A stretch of 64,000 bases of DNA from Giardia intestinalis. Its lineage: Eukaryota. The stretch is taken from assembly GCA_000002435.2 (NCBI GenBank), contig CM018792.1, one strand, 5' to 3'. Positions 28,616 through 37,846 of this stretch are shown here, in pieces. The notes beneath the pieces are model-generated. The model ran no database searches and was not told the DNA's origin. It saw only the letters and a program-made list of their open reading frames with translations. The stretch's first letter is position 1. Every line of letters starts with the position of its first letter. A program made the translations under genes and the position numbers.

Positions 28616-30379
28616 GTGATATGTACAGCAGCCAGTGATGGAGTGTGCACTGCTTGTAACACAGCTAACCAGTACATATTCCAGAACAAGGCTACGACAG
28701 TGACCCCTGGTGGGGAGTGCATACTGTGCCATGATGCCACGGGAGCGAATGAGAACAAGGGAGTGGCTAATTGCCTCAAGTGCACGGCACCAGCTAATAG
28801 TCCAGGGGCTGCCACGTGTACTGAGTGCATGTCTGGCTTCTCAGGAGACTCGTGTGCTACTCAATGCGGAGGAGACTGTGCCGCCTGTGATAAGAGTAAC
28901 CAAAATCAGTGCACCTCTTGTAAGACTGGGAAGTACCTGAAAGAGAATCAATGTGTGGAAAAAAGTGCATGTAACAACAATCACTACCCCGATGACACTA
29001 GCATGACCTGCGTCGCCTGTAGCACCATACAAGATTGCACAGCATGCACAATGGACCAGTCCACGGGGAAGCCAAAGTGCACTAACTGCGGTGCCAGTAA
29101 GATCCCCAGGACGACTCTCGACGGAACCTCGACCTGCGTGACAAAAGGGTATACAGAATGCCAAGGAGCAGACAAGGAGCTGTTCATGAAGGAGGACCAA
29201 TCGGCGTGCTTATTATGCGGAGACAATACTGAGGATACATCTGAGTCCAATAAAAACCAGGGAACTCCTAATTGCAAGACCTGTACCAAGACAGCATCCA
29301 CTAAACCGGTCTGTGAGACGTGCAAGGATGGCTTCTTCTTTAATACTGGTGATAAGACATGTACAAACAAGTGCGATGCCACCTGCAAGACGTGCTCTGC
29401 TGCTACAGATGCTAACCGATGCTTAACTTGTATGCCCGGATACTTCCCCATCGATAGTACAGATCAACAAGGGAAGAAGTGCGTCCCATGCGATAGTGTG
29501 GACGACAAGGGTCGCGAAGGGTGCAGTGTCTGCTCTAACAATGGTGGATTCAAGTGTACTGAATGTAAGGTGAACTATAAGAAGCAGTCCAATGGAGATG
29601 CAGGGGATGACTATACATGTGTGAAGACTTGTGAAGACCCCACGGCTTGTGGTGGGACCTCTGGCGCCTGCGATGCTATAGTAATCGACAATGATGGAGT
29701 AGAGCATCATTACTGTTCTTATTGTGGAAATCAAGGAGATGTACCAATCAATGGTATATGCACCAGCTCACTTGCAAGTAATACCTGCGCCGATGGTGTC
29801 TGCAAGTCTTGTGCTCAAGGGTACTTTATGTATATGGGAGGGTGCTATGATGTGTCGAAGGCTCCTGGTAGTCACATGTGCAAGAAAGCAGATAACAATG
29901 GGATATGCACAGAGGCGGCAAGTAATAGGTACTTCGTAGTCCCTGGGGCACAGACCACTGATCAGTCTGTACTAGCTTGTGGTAATCCCCTTGGCACACT
30001 AGTAGATCCTCAAGGTACCGCTAAGGCATATGTGGGAATAGATGGCTGCTCCCAGTGCACAGCCCCGACAGCTCTAACAACAGCTGGTATGACCCCCGCT
30101 GTCTGTACCTCCTGTGACAGTGATAGGAAGCCCAACAGGGACGGCAGTGGGTGTGTCCTGTGCTCTGTGGGTGGTTGTAAGAGCTGTGTGGTGGATGATG
30201 TGTGTGGGGAGTGTGTTGATGGATACAATCTAGAGGGTGATAAGTGTGTGTCCTCTGGCGCCAACAGGAGCGGCCTCTCCACGGGGGCCATCGCGGGGAT
30301 CTCCGTTGCTGTGATTGTTGTTATCGGGGGCCTCGTGGGCTTCCTCTGCTGGTGGTTCGTGTGCAGGGGGAAGGCGTGA
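28616..30379 (+). CDS. VSP: VSP-like cassette, unit 5. Mosaic: C-type 5' two-thirds, B-type 3' third, switch near 29628. No ATG or signal peptide.
   Basis: Identical to unit 3 up to …DDYTCVKTCED. It then follows unit 2 (…DNDGVEHHYCSYCGNQGDVPINGICTSS…CSVGGCKSCVVDDVCGE…) with a PTACGG patch like units 6 and 10. Confidence 0.55.
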   Translation: MICTAASDGVCTACNTANQYIFQNKATTVTPGGECILCHDATGANENKGVANCLKCTAPANSPGAATCTECMSGFSGDSCATQCGGDCAACDKSNQNQCTSCKTGKYLKENQCVEKSACNNNHYPDDTSMTCVACSTIQDCTACTMDQSTGKPKCTNCGASKIPRTTLDGTSTCVTKGYTECQGADKELFMKEDQSACLLCGDNTEDTSESNKNQGTPNCKTCTKTASTKPVCETCKDGFFFNTGDKTCTNKCDATCKTCSAATDANRCLTCMPGYFPIDSTDQQGKKCVPCDSVDDKGREGCSVCSNNGGFKCTECKVNYKKQSNGDAGDDYTCVKTCEDPTACGGTSGACDAIVIDNDGVEHHYCSYCGNQGDVPINGICTSSLASNTCADGVCKSCAQGYFMYMGGCYDVSKAPGSHMCKKADNNGICTEAASNRYFVVPGAQTTDQSVLACGNPLGTLVDPQGTAKAYVGIDGCSQCTAPTALTTAGMTPAVCTSCDSDRKPNRDGSGCVLCSVGGCKSCVVDDVCGECVDGYNLEGDKCVSSGANRSGLSTGAIAGISVAVIVVIGGLVGFLCWWFVCRGKA

Positions 30380-30405
30380 CTTAGGTAGTGAATGCTGTAC
30401 AATGT

Positions 30406-30491
30406 GTGATAATGGGTGATAATGGGTGATAGAAGGTGATAGTGGGTGATAGTATGATAGTGGGTGATAGTGTGATAATGGAGTGTGATAT
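30406..30491 (+). repeat. Expanded inter-cassette spacer microsatellite, 9 copies of GGTGATAR-N2 including one ATGATAG variant
   Basis: Read directly. The same expanded version lies in front of unit 10 (37768-37853). Both precede the D-type units. Confidence 0.85.
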
Positions 30492-32242
30492 GCACAAAGG
30501 CTGAGGGAGGAGTATGCACTGAGTGTAATACAGATAACGGCCTGTTCAAGAACCCGGCTGCAACAGTGACTCCTGGTGGGGAGTGCATCCTCTGCTGGGA
30601 CACGGTGGGAGATGGCGCGACGAAGGGAGTCGAGGGCTGTGCCACATGTACGGCACCACAGAATGCAGGAGCAGCTACATGTGATACCTGCCAAGATGGA
30701 TACTACATGGACTCTCAGGCATGTGTCAAATGTAATGACGCTTGTCTGACTTGCGATGGAAGTGGCCAGAATGCGTGCACATCGTGTCCAGAGGGGAAGT
30801 ACCTGAAGGGTGATAACACTTGTGTAGATGCTAATCAATGTGGTGCTGATAAGTACGCAGACAAGAAGACCTGGACCTGCAAGGCATGTGATCCCGACAT
30901 AGCTGGGTGCACCGCATGTGAATATAATGATGCCACGGGGAAGCCGAAGTGCACCAATTGTAACGGGAAGCTGATAAGAACTGCTGCCGACGGGACGACA
31001 ACGTGCGTTGAGGCAAATGGGTGCGCTCAAAATAACGTCGCAGGTACGCACTTTCTGACCACAACCAGTGACAAGTGCCTACTGTGTAACGACGTTAGCG
31101 ATACCAGCGAACCGGCCAATAAGGGAGTCGAGGGGTGCGGCAAATGTAAAAAAGAGAATTCTAACGCAGCCCCAGTCTGCACAGAATGCCTGGAGGGATA
31201 TTACAGTAGCGGTGGTAGCCCTGTTACATGCAAGCCCTGTGTAGACAACTGTGGCGCATGCACTGCGGAAGACATGGGGACGTGTACAAAGTGCAAGCCA
31301 GGGTACTTCCTTAAGGATGGTCAGAGAACAAAGGAGTGCGTTCCTTGTAGTGATACAACCAAAGGTGGCATCGATGGCTGCAGTGTCTGCTCGAATGATG
31401 GCAATACTTTCAAGTGCACCGATTGTAAGCCCAACTATCGCAAGCAGAGCGATAGCAGTCCTGGCTCTGTCACATGTACCAAGACTTGTGAGGATCCTAC
31501 AGCTTGTGGTGGTACCTCTGGTGCCTGTGATGCCATAGTGATCAATGAGAATGGAAAGGAGCTTCACTACTGTTCATACTGTGGAGATAGCTCACAAGCT
31601 CCCATTAATGGAAAATGCACAAGTACTAACGAGGGAAATGATGGATGTGCTAATGGTGTCTGCAAGTCTTGTGCCGCTGCTAACTACTTCCTCTATATGG
31701 GAGGGTGCTATGATGCGTCGAAGGCTCCCGGTAGTCACATATGCAAGACAGCTGAAGGTGGTAAGTGCACTGCTGTTAATGATGGTAATAGGTACTTCGT
31801 AGTCCCTGGGGCACAGACCACTGATCAGTCTGTGTTGGCATGTGGTAACCCCCTAGGCACACTAGTAGATCCTCAAGGTACCGCTAAGGCATATGTGGGG
31901 GTAGATGGCTGCTCCCAGTGCACAGCCCCGACAGCTCTAACAACAGCTGGTATGACCCCCGCTGTCTGTACCTCCTGTGACAGTGATAGGAAGCCCAACA
32001 GGGACGGCAGTGGGTGTGTCCTGTGCTCTGTGGGTGGTTGTAAGAGCTGTGTGGTGGATGATGTGTGTGGGGAGTGTGTTGATGGATACAATCTAGAGGG
32101 TGATAAGTGTGTGTCCTCTGGCGCCAACAGGAGCGGCCTCTCCACGGGGGCCATCGCGGGGATCTCCGTTGCTGTGATTGTTGTTATCGGGGGCCTCGTG
32201 GGCTTCCTCTGCTGGTGGTTCGTGTGCAGGGGGAAGGCGTGA
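30485..32242 (+). CDS. VSP: VSP-like cassette, unit 6 (type D 5' region with a B-type 3' end). No ATG or signal peptide.
   Basis: 585 codons. N-terminus MICTKAEGGVCTECNTDNGLFKNPAATVTPGGECILCWD… diverges from type C. 3' end …CSVGGCKSCVVDDVCGECVDGYNLEGDKCVSS…CRGKA. Confidence 0.55.
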   Translation: MICTKAEGGVCTECNTDNGLFKNPAATVTPGGECILCWDTVGDGATKGVEGCATCTAPQNAGAATCDTCQDGYYMDSQACVKCNDACLTCDGSGQNACTSCPEGKYLKGDNTCVDANQCGADKYADKKTWTCKACDPDIAGCTACEYNDATGKPKCTNCNGKLIRTAADGTTTCVEANGCAQNNVAGTHFLTTTSDKCLLCNDVSDTSEPANKGVEGCGKCKKENSNAAPVCTECLEGYYSSGGSPVTCKPCVDNCGACTAEDMGTCTKCKPGYFLKDGQRTKECVPCSDTTKGGIDGCSVCSNDGNTFKCTDCKPNYRKQSDSSPGSVTCTKTCEDPTACGGTSGACDAIVINENGKELHYCSYCGDSSQAPINGKCTSTNEGNDGCANGVCKSCAAANYFLYMGGCYDASKAPGSHICKTAEGGKCTAVNDGNRYFVVPGAQTTDQSVLACGNPLGTLVDPQGTAKAYVGVDGCSQCTAPTALTTAGMTPAVCTSCDSDRKPNRDGSGCVLCSVGGCKSCVVDDVCGECVDGYNLEGDKCVSSGANRSGLSTGAIAGISVAVIVVIGGLVGFLCWWFVCRGKA

Positions 32243-32309
32243 CTTAGGTAGTGAATGCTGTACAATGTGTGATAGAAGGTGATAGTGGGTGATAGTGTGA
32301 TAATGGAGT

Positions 32310-34076
32310 GTGATATGTACAGCAGCCAGTGATGGAGTGTGCACTGCTTGTAACACAGCTAACCAGTACATATTCCAGAACAAGGCTACGACAGTGACCC
32401 CTGGTGGGGAGTGCATACTGTGCCATGATGCCACGGGAGCGAATGAGAACAAGGGAGTGGCTAATTGCCTCAAGTGCACGGCACCAGCTAATAGTCCAGG
32501 GGCTGCCACGTGTACTGAGTGCATGTCTGGCTTCTCAGGAGACTCGTGTGCTACTCAATGCGGAGGAGACTGTGCCGCCTGTGATAAGAGTAACCAAAAT
32601 CAGTGCACCTCTTGTAAGACTGGGAAGTACCTGAAAGAGAATCAATGTGTGGAAAAAAGTGCATGTAACAACAATCACTACCCCGATGACACTAGCATGA
32701 CCTGCGTCGCCTGTAGCACCATACAAGATTGCACAGCATGCACAATGGACCAGTCCACGGGGAAGCCAAAGTGCACTAACTGCGGTGCCAGTAAGATCCC
32801 CAGGACGACTCTCGACGGAACCTCGACCTGCGTGACAAAAGGGTATACAGAATGCCAAGGAGCAGACAAGGAGCTGTTCATGAAGGAGGACCAATCGGCG
32901 TGCTTATTATGCGGAGACAATACTGAGGATACATCTGAGTCCAATAAAAACCAGGGAACTCCTAATTGCAAGACCTGTACCAAGACAGCATCCACTAAAC
33001 CGGTCTGTGAGACGTGCAAGGATGGCTTCTTCTTTAATACTGGTGATAAGACATGTACAAACAAGTGCGATGCCACCTGCAAGACGTGCTCTGCTGCTAC
33101 AGATGCTAACCGATGCTTAACTTGTATGCCCGGATACTTCCCCATCGATAGTACAGATCAACAAGGGAAGAAGTGCGTCCCATGCGATAGTGTGGACGAC
33201 AAGGGTCGCGAAGGGTGCAGTGTCTGCTCTAACAATGGTGGATTCAAGTGTACTGAATGTAAGGTGAACTATAAGAAGCAGTCCAATGGAGATGCAGGGG
33301 ATGACTATACATGTGTGAAGACCTGCGAGGATGAGACTGCCTGCGGGGGTACTTCTGGGGCTTGCGATGCAATAGTGATTGATGCTAATGGAAAGGAGCT
33401 TCACTATTGTTCTTATTGTGGAGAAGCTAATACGTATCCTATAGATGGGAAGTGTAATAGTGCTAAAGCAAATAATCAATGTGATCAAGGTGTATGTACA
33501 CAATGCACTAACAACTACTTCTTGTACATGGGTGGGTGTTATAAGTATGATACAGTACCAGGTAGCCTCATGTGCACTGAAGCAACAACAGCTGGTGTCT
33601 GTACTACTCCCAATGCCAACAATAGGTACTTCCTGGTCCCAGGGGCATCCAACACTGATCAGTCTGTACTAGCTTGTGGTAACCCCCTGGGCACACTAGT
33701 AGGCACTGGTAATACTGCTAAGGCATATGTGGGGGTGGATGGCTGCTCCCAGTGTACAGCCCCGACAGCTCTAACAACAGTTGGTATGACCCCCGCTGTC
33801 TGTACCTCCTGTGACAATAGTAAGAAGCCCAACAGGGATGGCAGTGGGTGTGTAGTATGCTCTGACACCAACTGCAAGAGCTGTGTGATGGACGGTGTGT
33901 GTGGGGAGTGTGTTGATGGATACAATCTAGAGGGTGATAAGTGTGTGTCCTCTGGCGCCAACAGGAGCGGCCTCTCCACGGGGGCCATCGCGGGGATCTC
34001 CGTTGCTGTGATTGTTGTTATCGGGGGCCTCGTGGGCTTCCTCTGCTGGTGGTTCGTGTGCAGGGGGAAGGCGTGA
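32310..34076 (+). CDS. VSP: VSP-like cassette, unit 7 (type C, protein identical to unit 3)
   Basis: Same 588-aa translation and same 1834-bp spacing. At least one synonymous G/C difference from unit 3 in the 3' block (agcggcctc versus agcgggctc). Confidence 0.55.
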   Translation: MICTAASDGVCTACNTANQYIFQNKATTVTPGGECILCHDATGANENKGVANCLKCTAPANSPGAATCTECMSGFSGDSCATQCGGDCAACDKSNQNQCTSCKTGKYLKENQCVEKSACNNNHYPDDTSMTCVACSTIQDCTACTMDQSTGKPKCTNCGASKIPRTTLDGTSTCVTKGYTECQGADKELFMKEDQSACLLCGDNTEDTSESNKNQGTPNCKTCTKTASTKPVCETCKDGFFFNTGDKTCTNKCDATCKTCSAATDANRCLTCMPGYFPIDSTDQQGKKCVPCDSVDDKGREGCSVCSNNGGFKCTECKVNYKKQSNGDAGDDYTCVKTCEDETACGGTSGACDAIVIDANGKELHYCSYCGEANTYPIDGKCNSAKANNQCDQGVCTQCTNNYFLYMGGCYKYDTVPGSLMCTEATTAGVCTTPNANNRYFLVPGASNTDQSVLACGNPLGTLVGTGNTAKAYVGVDGCSQCTAPTALTTVGMTPAVCTSCDNSKKPNRDGSGCVVCSDTNCKSCVMDGVCGECVDGYNLEGDKCVSSGANRSGLSTGAIAGISVAVIVVIGGLVGFLCWWFVCRGKA

Positions 34077-34143
34077 CTTAGGTAGTGAATGCTGTACAAT
34101 GTGTGATAGAAGGTGATAGTGGGTGATAGTGTGATAATGGAGT

Positions 34144-35910
34144 GTGATATGTACAGCAGCCAGTGATGGAGTGTGCACTGCTTGTAACACAGCTAACCAG
34201 TACATATTCCAGAACAAGGCTACGACAGTGACCCCTGGTGGGGAGTGCATACTGTGCCATGATGCCACGGGAGCGAATGAGAACAAGGGAGTGGCTAATT
34301 GCCTCAAGTGCACGGCACCAGCTAATAGTCCAGGGGCTGCCACGTGTACTGAGTGCATGTCTGGCTTCTCAGGAGACTCGTGTGCTACTCAATGCGGAGG
34401 AGACTGTGCCGCCTGTGATAAGAGTAACCAAAATCAGTGCACCTCTTGTAAGACTGGGAAGTACCTGAAAGAGAATCAATGTGTGGAAAAAAGTGCATGT
34501 AACAACAATCACTACCCCGATGACACTAGCATGACCTGCGTCGCCTGTAGCACCATACAAGATTGCACAGCATGCACAATGGACCAGTCCACGGGGAAGC
34601 CAAAGTGCACTAACTGCGGTGCCAGTAAGATCCCCAGGACGACTCTCGACGGAACCTCGACCTGCGTGACAAAAGGGTATACAGAATGCCAAGGAGCAGA
34701 CAAGGAGCTGTTCATGAAGGAGGACCAATCGGCGTGCTTATTATGCGGAGACAATACTGAGGATACATCTGAGTCCAATAAAAACCAGGGAACTCCTAAT
34801 TGCAAGACCTGTACCAAGACAGCATCCACTAAACCGGTCTGTGAGACGTGCAAGGATGGCTTCTTCTTTAATACTGGTGATAAGACATGTACAAACAAGT
34901 GCGATGCCACCTGCAAGACGTGCTCTGCTGCTACAGATGCTAACCGATGCTTAACTTGTATGCCCGGATACTTCCCCATCGATAGTACAGATCAACAAGG
35001 GAAGAAGTGCGTCCCATGCGATAGTGTGGACGACAAGGGTCGCGAAGGGTGCAGTGTCTGCTCTAACAATGGTGGATTCAAGTGTACTGAATGTAAGGTG
35101 AACTATAAGAAGCAGTCCAATGGAGATGCAGGGGATGACTATACATGTGTGAAGACCTGCGAGGATGAGACTGCCTGCGGGGGTACTTCTGGGGCTTGCG
35201 ATGCAATAGTGATTGATGCTAATGGAAAGGAGCTTCACTATTGTTCTTATTGTGGAGAAGCTAATACGTATCCTATAGATGGGAAGTGTAATAGTGCTAA
35301 AGCAAATAATCAATGTGATCAAGGTGTATGTACACAATGCACTAACAACTACTTCTTGTACATGGGTGGGTGTTATAAGTATGATACAGTACCAGGTAGC
35401 CTCATGTGCACTGAAGCAACAACAGCTGGTGTCTGTACTACTCCCAATGCCAACAATAGGTACTTCCTGGTCCCAGGGGCATCCAACACTGATCAGTCTG
35501 TACTAGCTTGTGGTAACCCCCTGGGCACACTAGTAGGCACTGGTAATACTGCTAAGGCATATGTGGGGGTGGATGGCTGCTCCCAGTGTACAGCCCCGAC
35601 AGCTCTAACAACAGTTGGTATGACCCCCGCTGTCTGTACCTCCTGTGACAATAGTAAGAAGCCCAACAGGGATGGCAGTGGGTGTGTAGTATGCTCTGAC
35701 ACCAACTGCAAGAGCTGTGTGATGGACGGTGTGTGTGGGGAGTGTGTTGATGGATACAATCTAGAGGGTGATAAGTGTGTGTCCTCTGGCGCCAACAGGA
35801 GCGGGCTCTCCACGGGGGCCATCGCGGGGATCTCCGTTGCTGTGATTGTTGTTATCGGGGGCCTCGTGGGCTTCCTCTGCTGGTGGTTCGTGTGCAGGGG
35901 GAAGGCGTGA
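34144..35910 (+). CDS. VSP: VSP-like cassette, unit 8 (type C, protein identical to units 3 and 7)
   Basis: Same 588-aa translation, 1834-bp period. Confidence 0.55.
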   Translation: MICTAASDGVCTACNTANQYIFQNKATTVTPGGECILCHDATGANENKGVANCLKCTAPANSPGAATCTECMSGFSGDSCATQCGGDCAACDKSNQNQCTSCKTGKYLKENQCVEKSACNNNHYPDDTSMTCVACSTIQDCTACTMDQSTGKPKCTNCGASKIPRTTLDGTSTCVTKGYTECQGADKELFMKEDQSACLLCGDNTEDTSESNKNQGTPNCKTCTKTASTKPVCETCKDGFFFNTGDKTCTNKCDATCKTCSAATDANRCLTCMPGYFPIDSTDQQGKKCVPCDSVDDKGREGCSVCSNNGGFKCTECKVNYKKQSNGDAGDDYTCVKTCEDETACGGTSGACDAIVIDANGKELHYCSYCGEANTYPIDGKCNSAKANNQCDQGVCTQCTNNYFLYMGGCYKYDTVPGSLMCTEATTAGVCTTPNANNRYFLVPGASNTDQSVLACGNPLGTLVGTGNTAKAYVGVDGCSQCTAPTALTTVGMTPAVCTSCDNSKKPNRDGSGCVVCSDTNCKSCVMDGVCGECVDGYNLEGDKCVSSGANRSGLSTGAIAGISVAVIVVIGGLVGFLCWWFVCRGKA

Positions 35911-35977
35911 CTTAGGTAGTGAATGCTGTACAATGTGTGATAGAAGGTGATAGTGGGTGATAGTGTGATAATGGAGT

Positions 35978-37741
35978 GTGATATGTACAGCAGCCAGTGA
36001 TGGAGTGTGCACTGCTTGTAACACAGCTAACCAGTACATATTCCAGAACAGGGCAGACAAGGTGACTCCTGGTGGGGAGTGCATCTTGTGCTCTGATATC
36101 AAGGGAGCGAATGGATATACGGGAGTGGCCAACTGTCTCAAGTGTACGGCACCAGCTAATAGTCCAGGGGCTGCCACGTGTACTGAGTGCATGTCTGGCT
36201 TCTCAGGAGACTCGTGTGCTACTCAATGCGGAGGAGACTGTGCCGCCTGTGATAAGAGTAACCAAAATCAGTGCACCTCTTGTAAGACTGGGAAGTACCT
36301 GAAAGAGAATCAATGTGTGGAAAAAAGTGCATGTAACAACAATCACTACCCCGATGACACTAGCATGACCTGCGTCGCCTGTAGCACCATACAAGATTGC
36401 ACAGCATGCACAATGGACCAGTCCACGGGGAAGCCAAAGTGCACTAACTGCGGTGCCAGTAAGATCCCCAGGACGACTCTCGACGGAACCTCGACCTGCG
36501 TGACAAAAGGGTATACAGAATGCCAAGGAGCAGACAAGGAGCTGTTCATGAAGGAGGACCAATCGGCGTGCTTATTATGCGGAGACAATACTGAGGATAC
36601 ATCTGAGTCCAATAAAAACCAGGGAACTCCTAATTGCAAGACCTGTACCAAGACAGCATCCACTAAACCGGTCTGTGAGACGTGCAAGGATGGCTTCTTC
36701 TTTAATACTGGTGATAAGACATGTACAAACAAGTGCGATGCCACCTGCAAGACGTGCTCTGCTGCTACAGATGCTAACCGATGCTTAACTTGTATGCCCG
36801 GATACTTCCCCATCGATAGTACAGATCAACAAGGGAAGAAGTGCGTCCCATGCGATAGTGTGGACGACAAGGGTCGCGAAGGGTGCAGTGTCTGCTCTAA
36901 CACTGGTGGATTCAAGTGTACTGAATGTAAGGTGAACTATAAGAAGCAGTCCAATGGAGATGCAGGGGATGACTATACATGTGTGAAGACTTGTGAAGAC
37001 CCCACGGCTTGTGGTGGGACCTCTGGCGCCTGCGATGCTATAGTAATCGACAATGATGGAGTAGAGCATCATTACTGTTCTTATTGTGGAAATCAAGGAG
37101 ATGTACCAATCAATGGTATATGCACCAGCTCACTTGCAAGTAATACCTGCGCCGATGGTGTCTGCAAGTCTTGTGCTCAAGGGTACTTTATGTATATGGG
37201 AGGGTGCTATGATGTGTCGAAGGCTCCTGGTAGTCACATGTGCAAGAAAGCAGATAACAATGGGATATGCACAGAGGCGGCAAGTAATAGGTACTTCGTA
37301 GTCCCTGGGGCACAGACCACTGATCAGTCTGTACTAGCTTGTGGTAATCCCCTTGGCACACTAGTAGATCCTCAAGGTACCGCTAAGGCATATGTGGGGG
37401 TAGATGGCTGCTCCCAGTGCACAGCCCCGACAGCTCTAACAACAGCTGGTATGACCCCCGCTGTCTGTACCTCCTGTGACAGTGATAGGAAGCCCAACAG
37501 GGACGGCAGTGGGTGTGTCCTGTGCTCTGTGGGTGGTTGTAAGAGCTGTGTGGTGGATGATGTGTGTGGGGAGTGTGTTGATGGATACAATCTAGAGGGT
37601 GATAAGTGTGTGTCCTCTGGCGCCAACAGGAGCGGCCTCTCCACGGGGGCCATCGCGGGGATCTCCGTTGCTGTGATTGTTGTTATCGGGGGCCTCGTGG
37701 GCTTCCTCTGCTGGTGGTTCGTGTGCAGGGGGAAGGCGTGA
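35978..37741 (+). CDS. VSP: VSP-like cassette, unit 9. Mosaic: C-type backbone, a ~95-bp 5' patch (about 36051-36146) matching unit 2, and a B-type 3' third.
   Basis: …NRADKVTPGGECILCSDIKGANGYTGVANC… resembles unit 2 …AEKVTPGNECILCHDIKGADGYTGVANC…. SNTGG as in unit 4. 3' end identical to unit 5. Confidence 0.55.
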   Translation: MICTAASDGVCTACNTANQYIFQNRADKVTPGGECILCSDIKGANGYTGVANCLKCTAPANSPGAATCTECMSGFSGDSCATQCGGDCAACDKSNQNQCTSCKTGKYLKENQCVEKSACNNNHYPDDTSMTCVACSTIQDCTACTMDQSTGKPKCTNCGASKIPRTTLDGTSTCVTKGYTECQGADKELFMKEDQSACLLCGDNTEDTSESNKNQGTPNCKTCTKTASTKPVCETCKDGFFFNTGDKTCTNKCDATCKTCSAATDANRCLTCMPGYFPIDSTDQQGKKCVPCDSVDDKGREGCSVCSNTGGFKCTECKVNYKKQSNGDAGDDYTCVKTCEDPTACGGTSGACDAIVIDNDGVEHHYCSYCGNQGDVPINGICTSSLASNTCADGVCKSCAQGYFMYMGGCYDVSKAPGSHMCKKADNNGICTEAASNRYFVVPGAQTTDQSVLACGNPLGTLVDPQGTAKAYVGVDGCSQCTAPTALTTAGMTPAVCTSCDSDRKPNRDGSGCVLCSVGGCKSCVVDDVCGECVDGYNLEGDKCVSSGANRSGLSTGAIAGISVAVIVVIGGLVGFLCWWFVCRGKA

Positions 37742-37846
37742 CTTAGGTAGTGAATGCTGTACAATGTGTGATAATGGGTGATAATGGGTGATAGAAGGTG
37801 ATAGTGGGTGATAGTATGATAGTGGGTGATAGTGTGATAATGGAGT

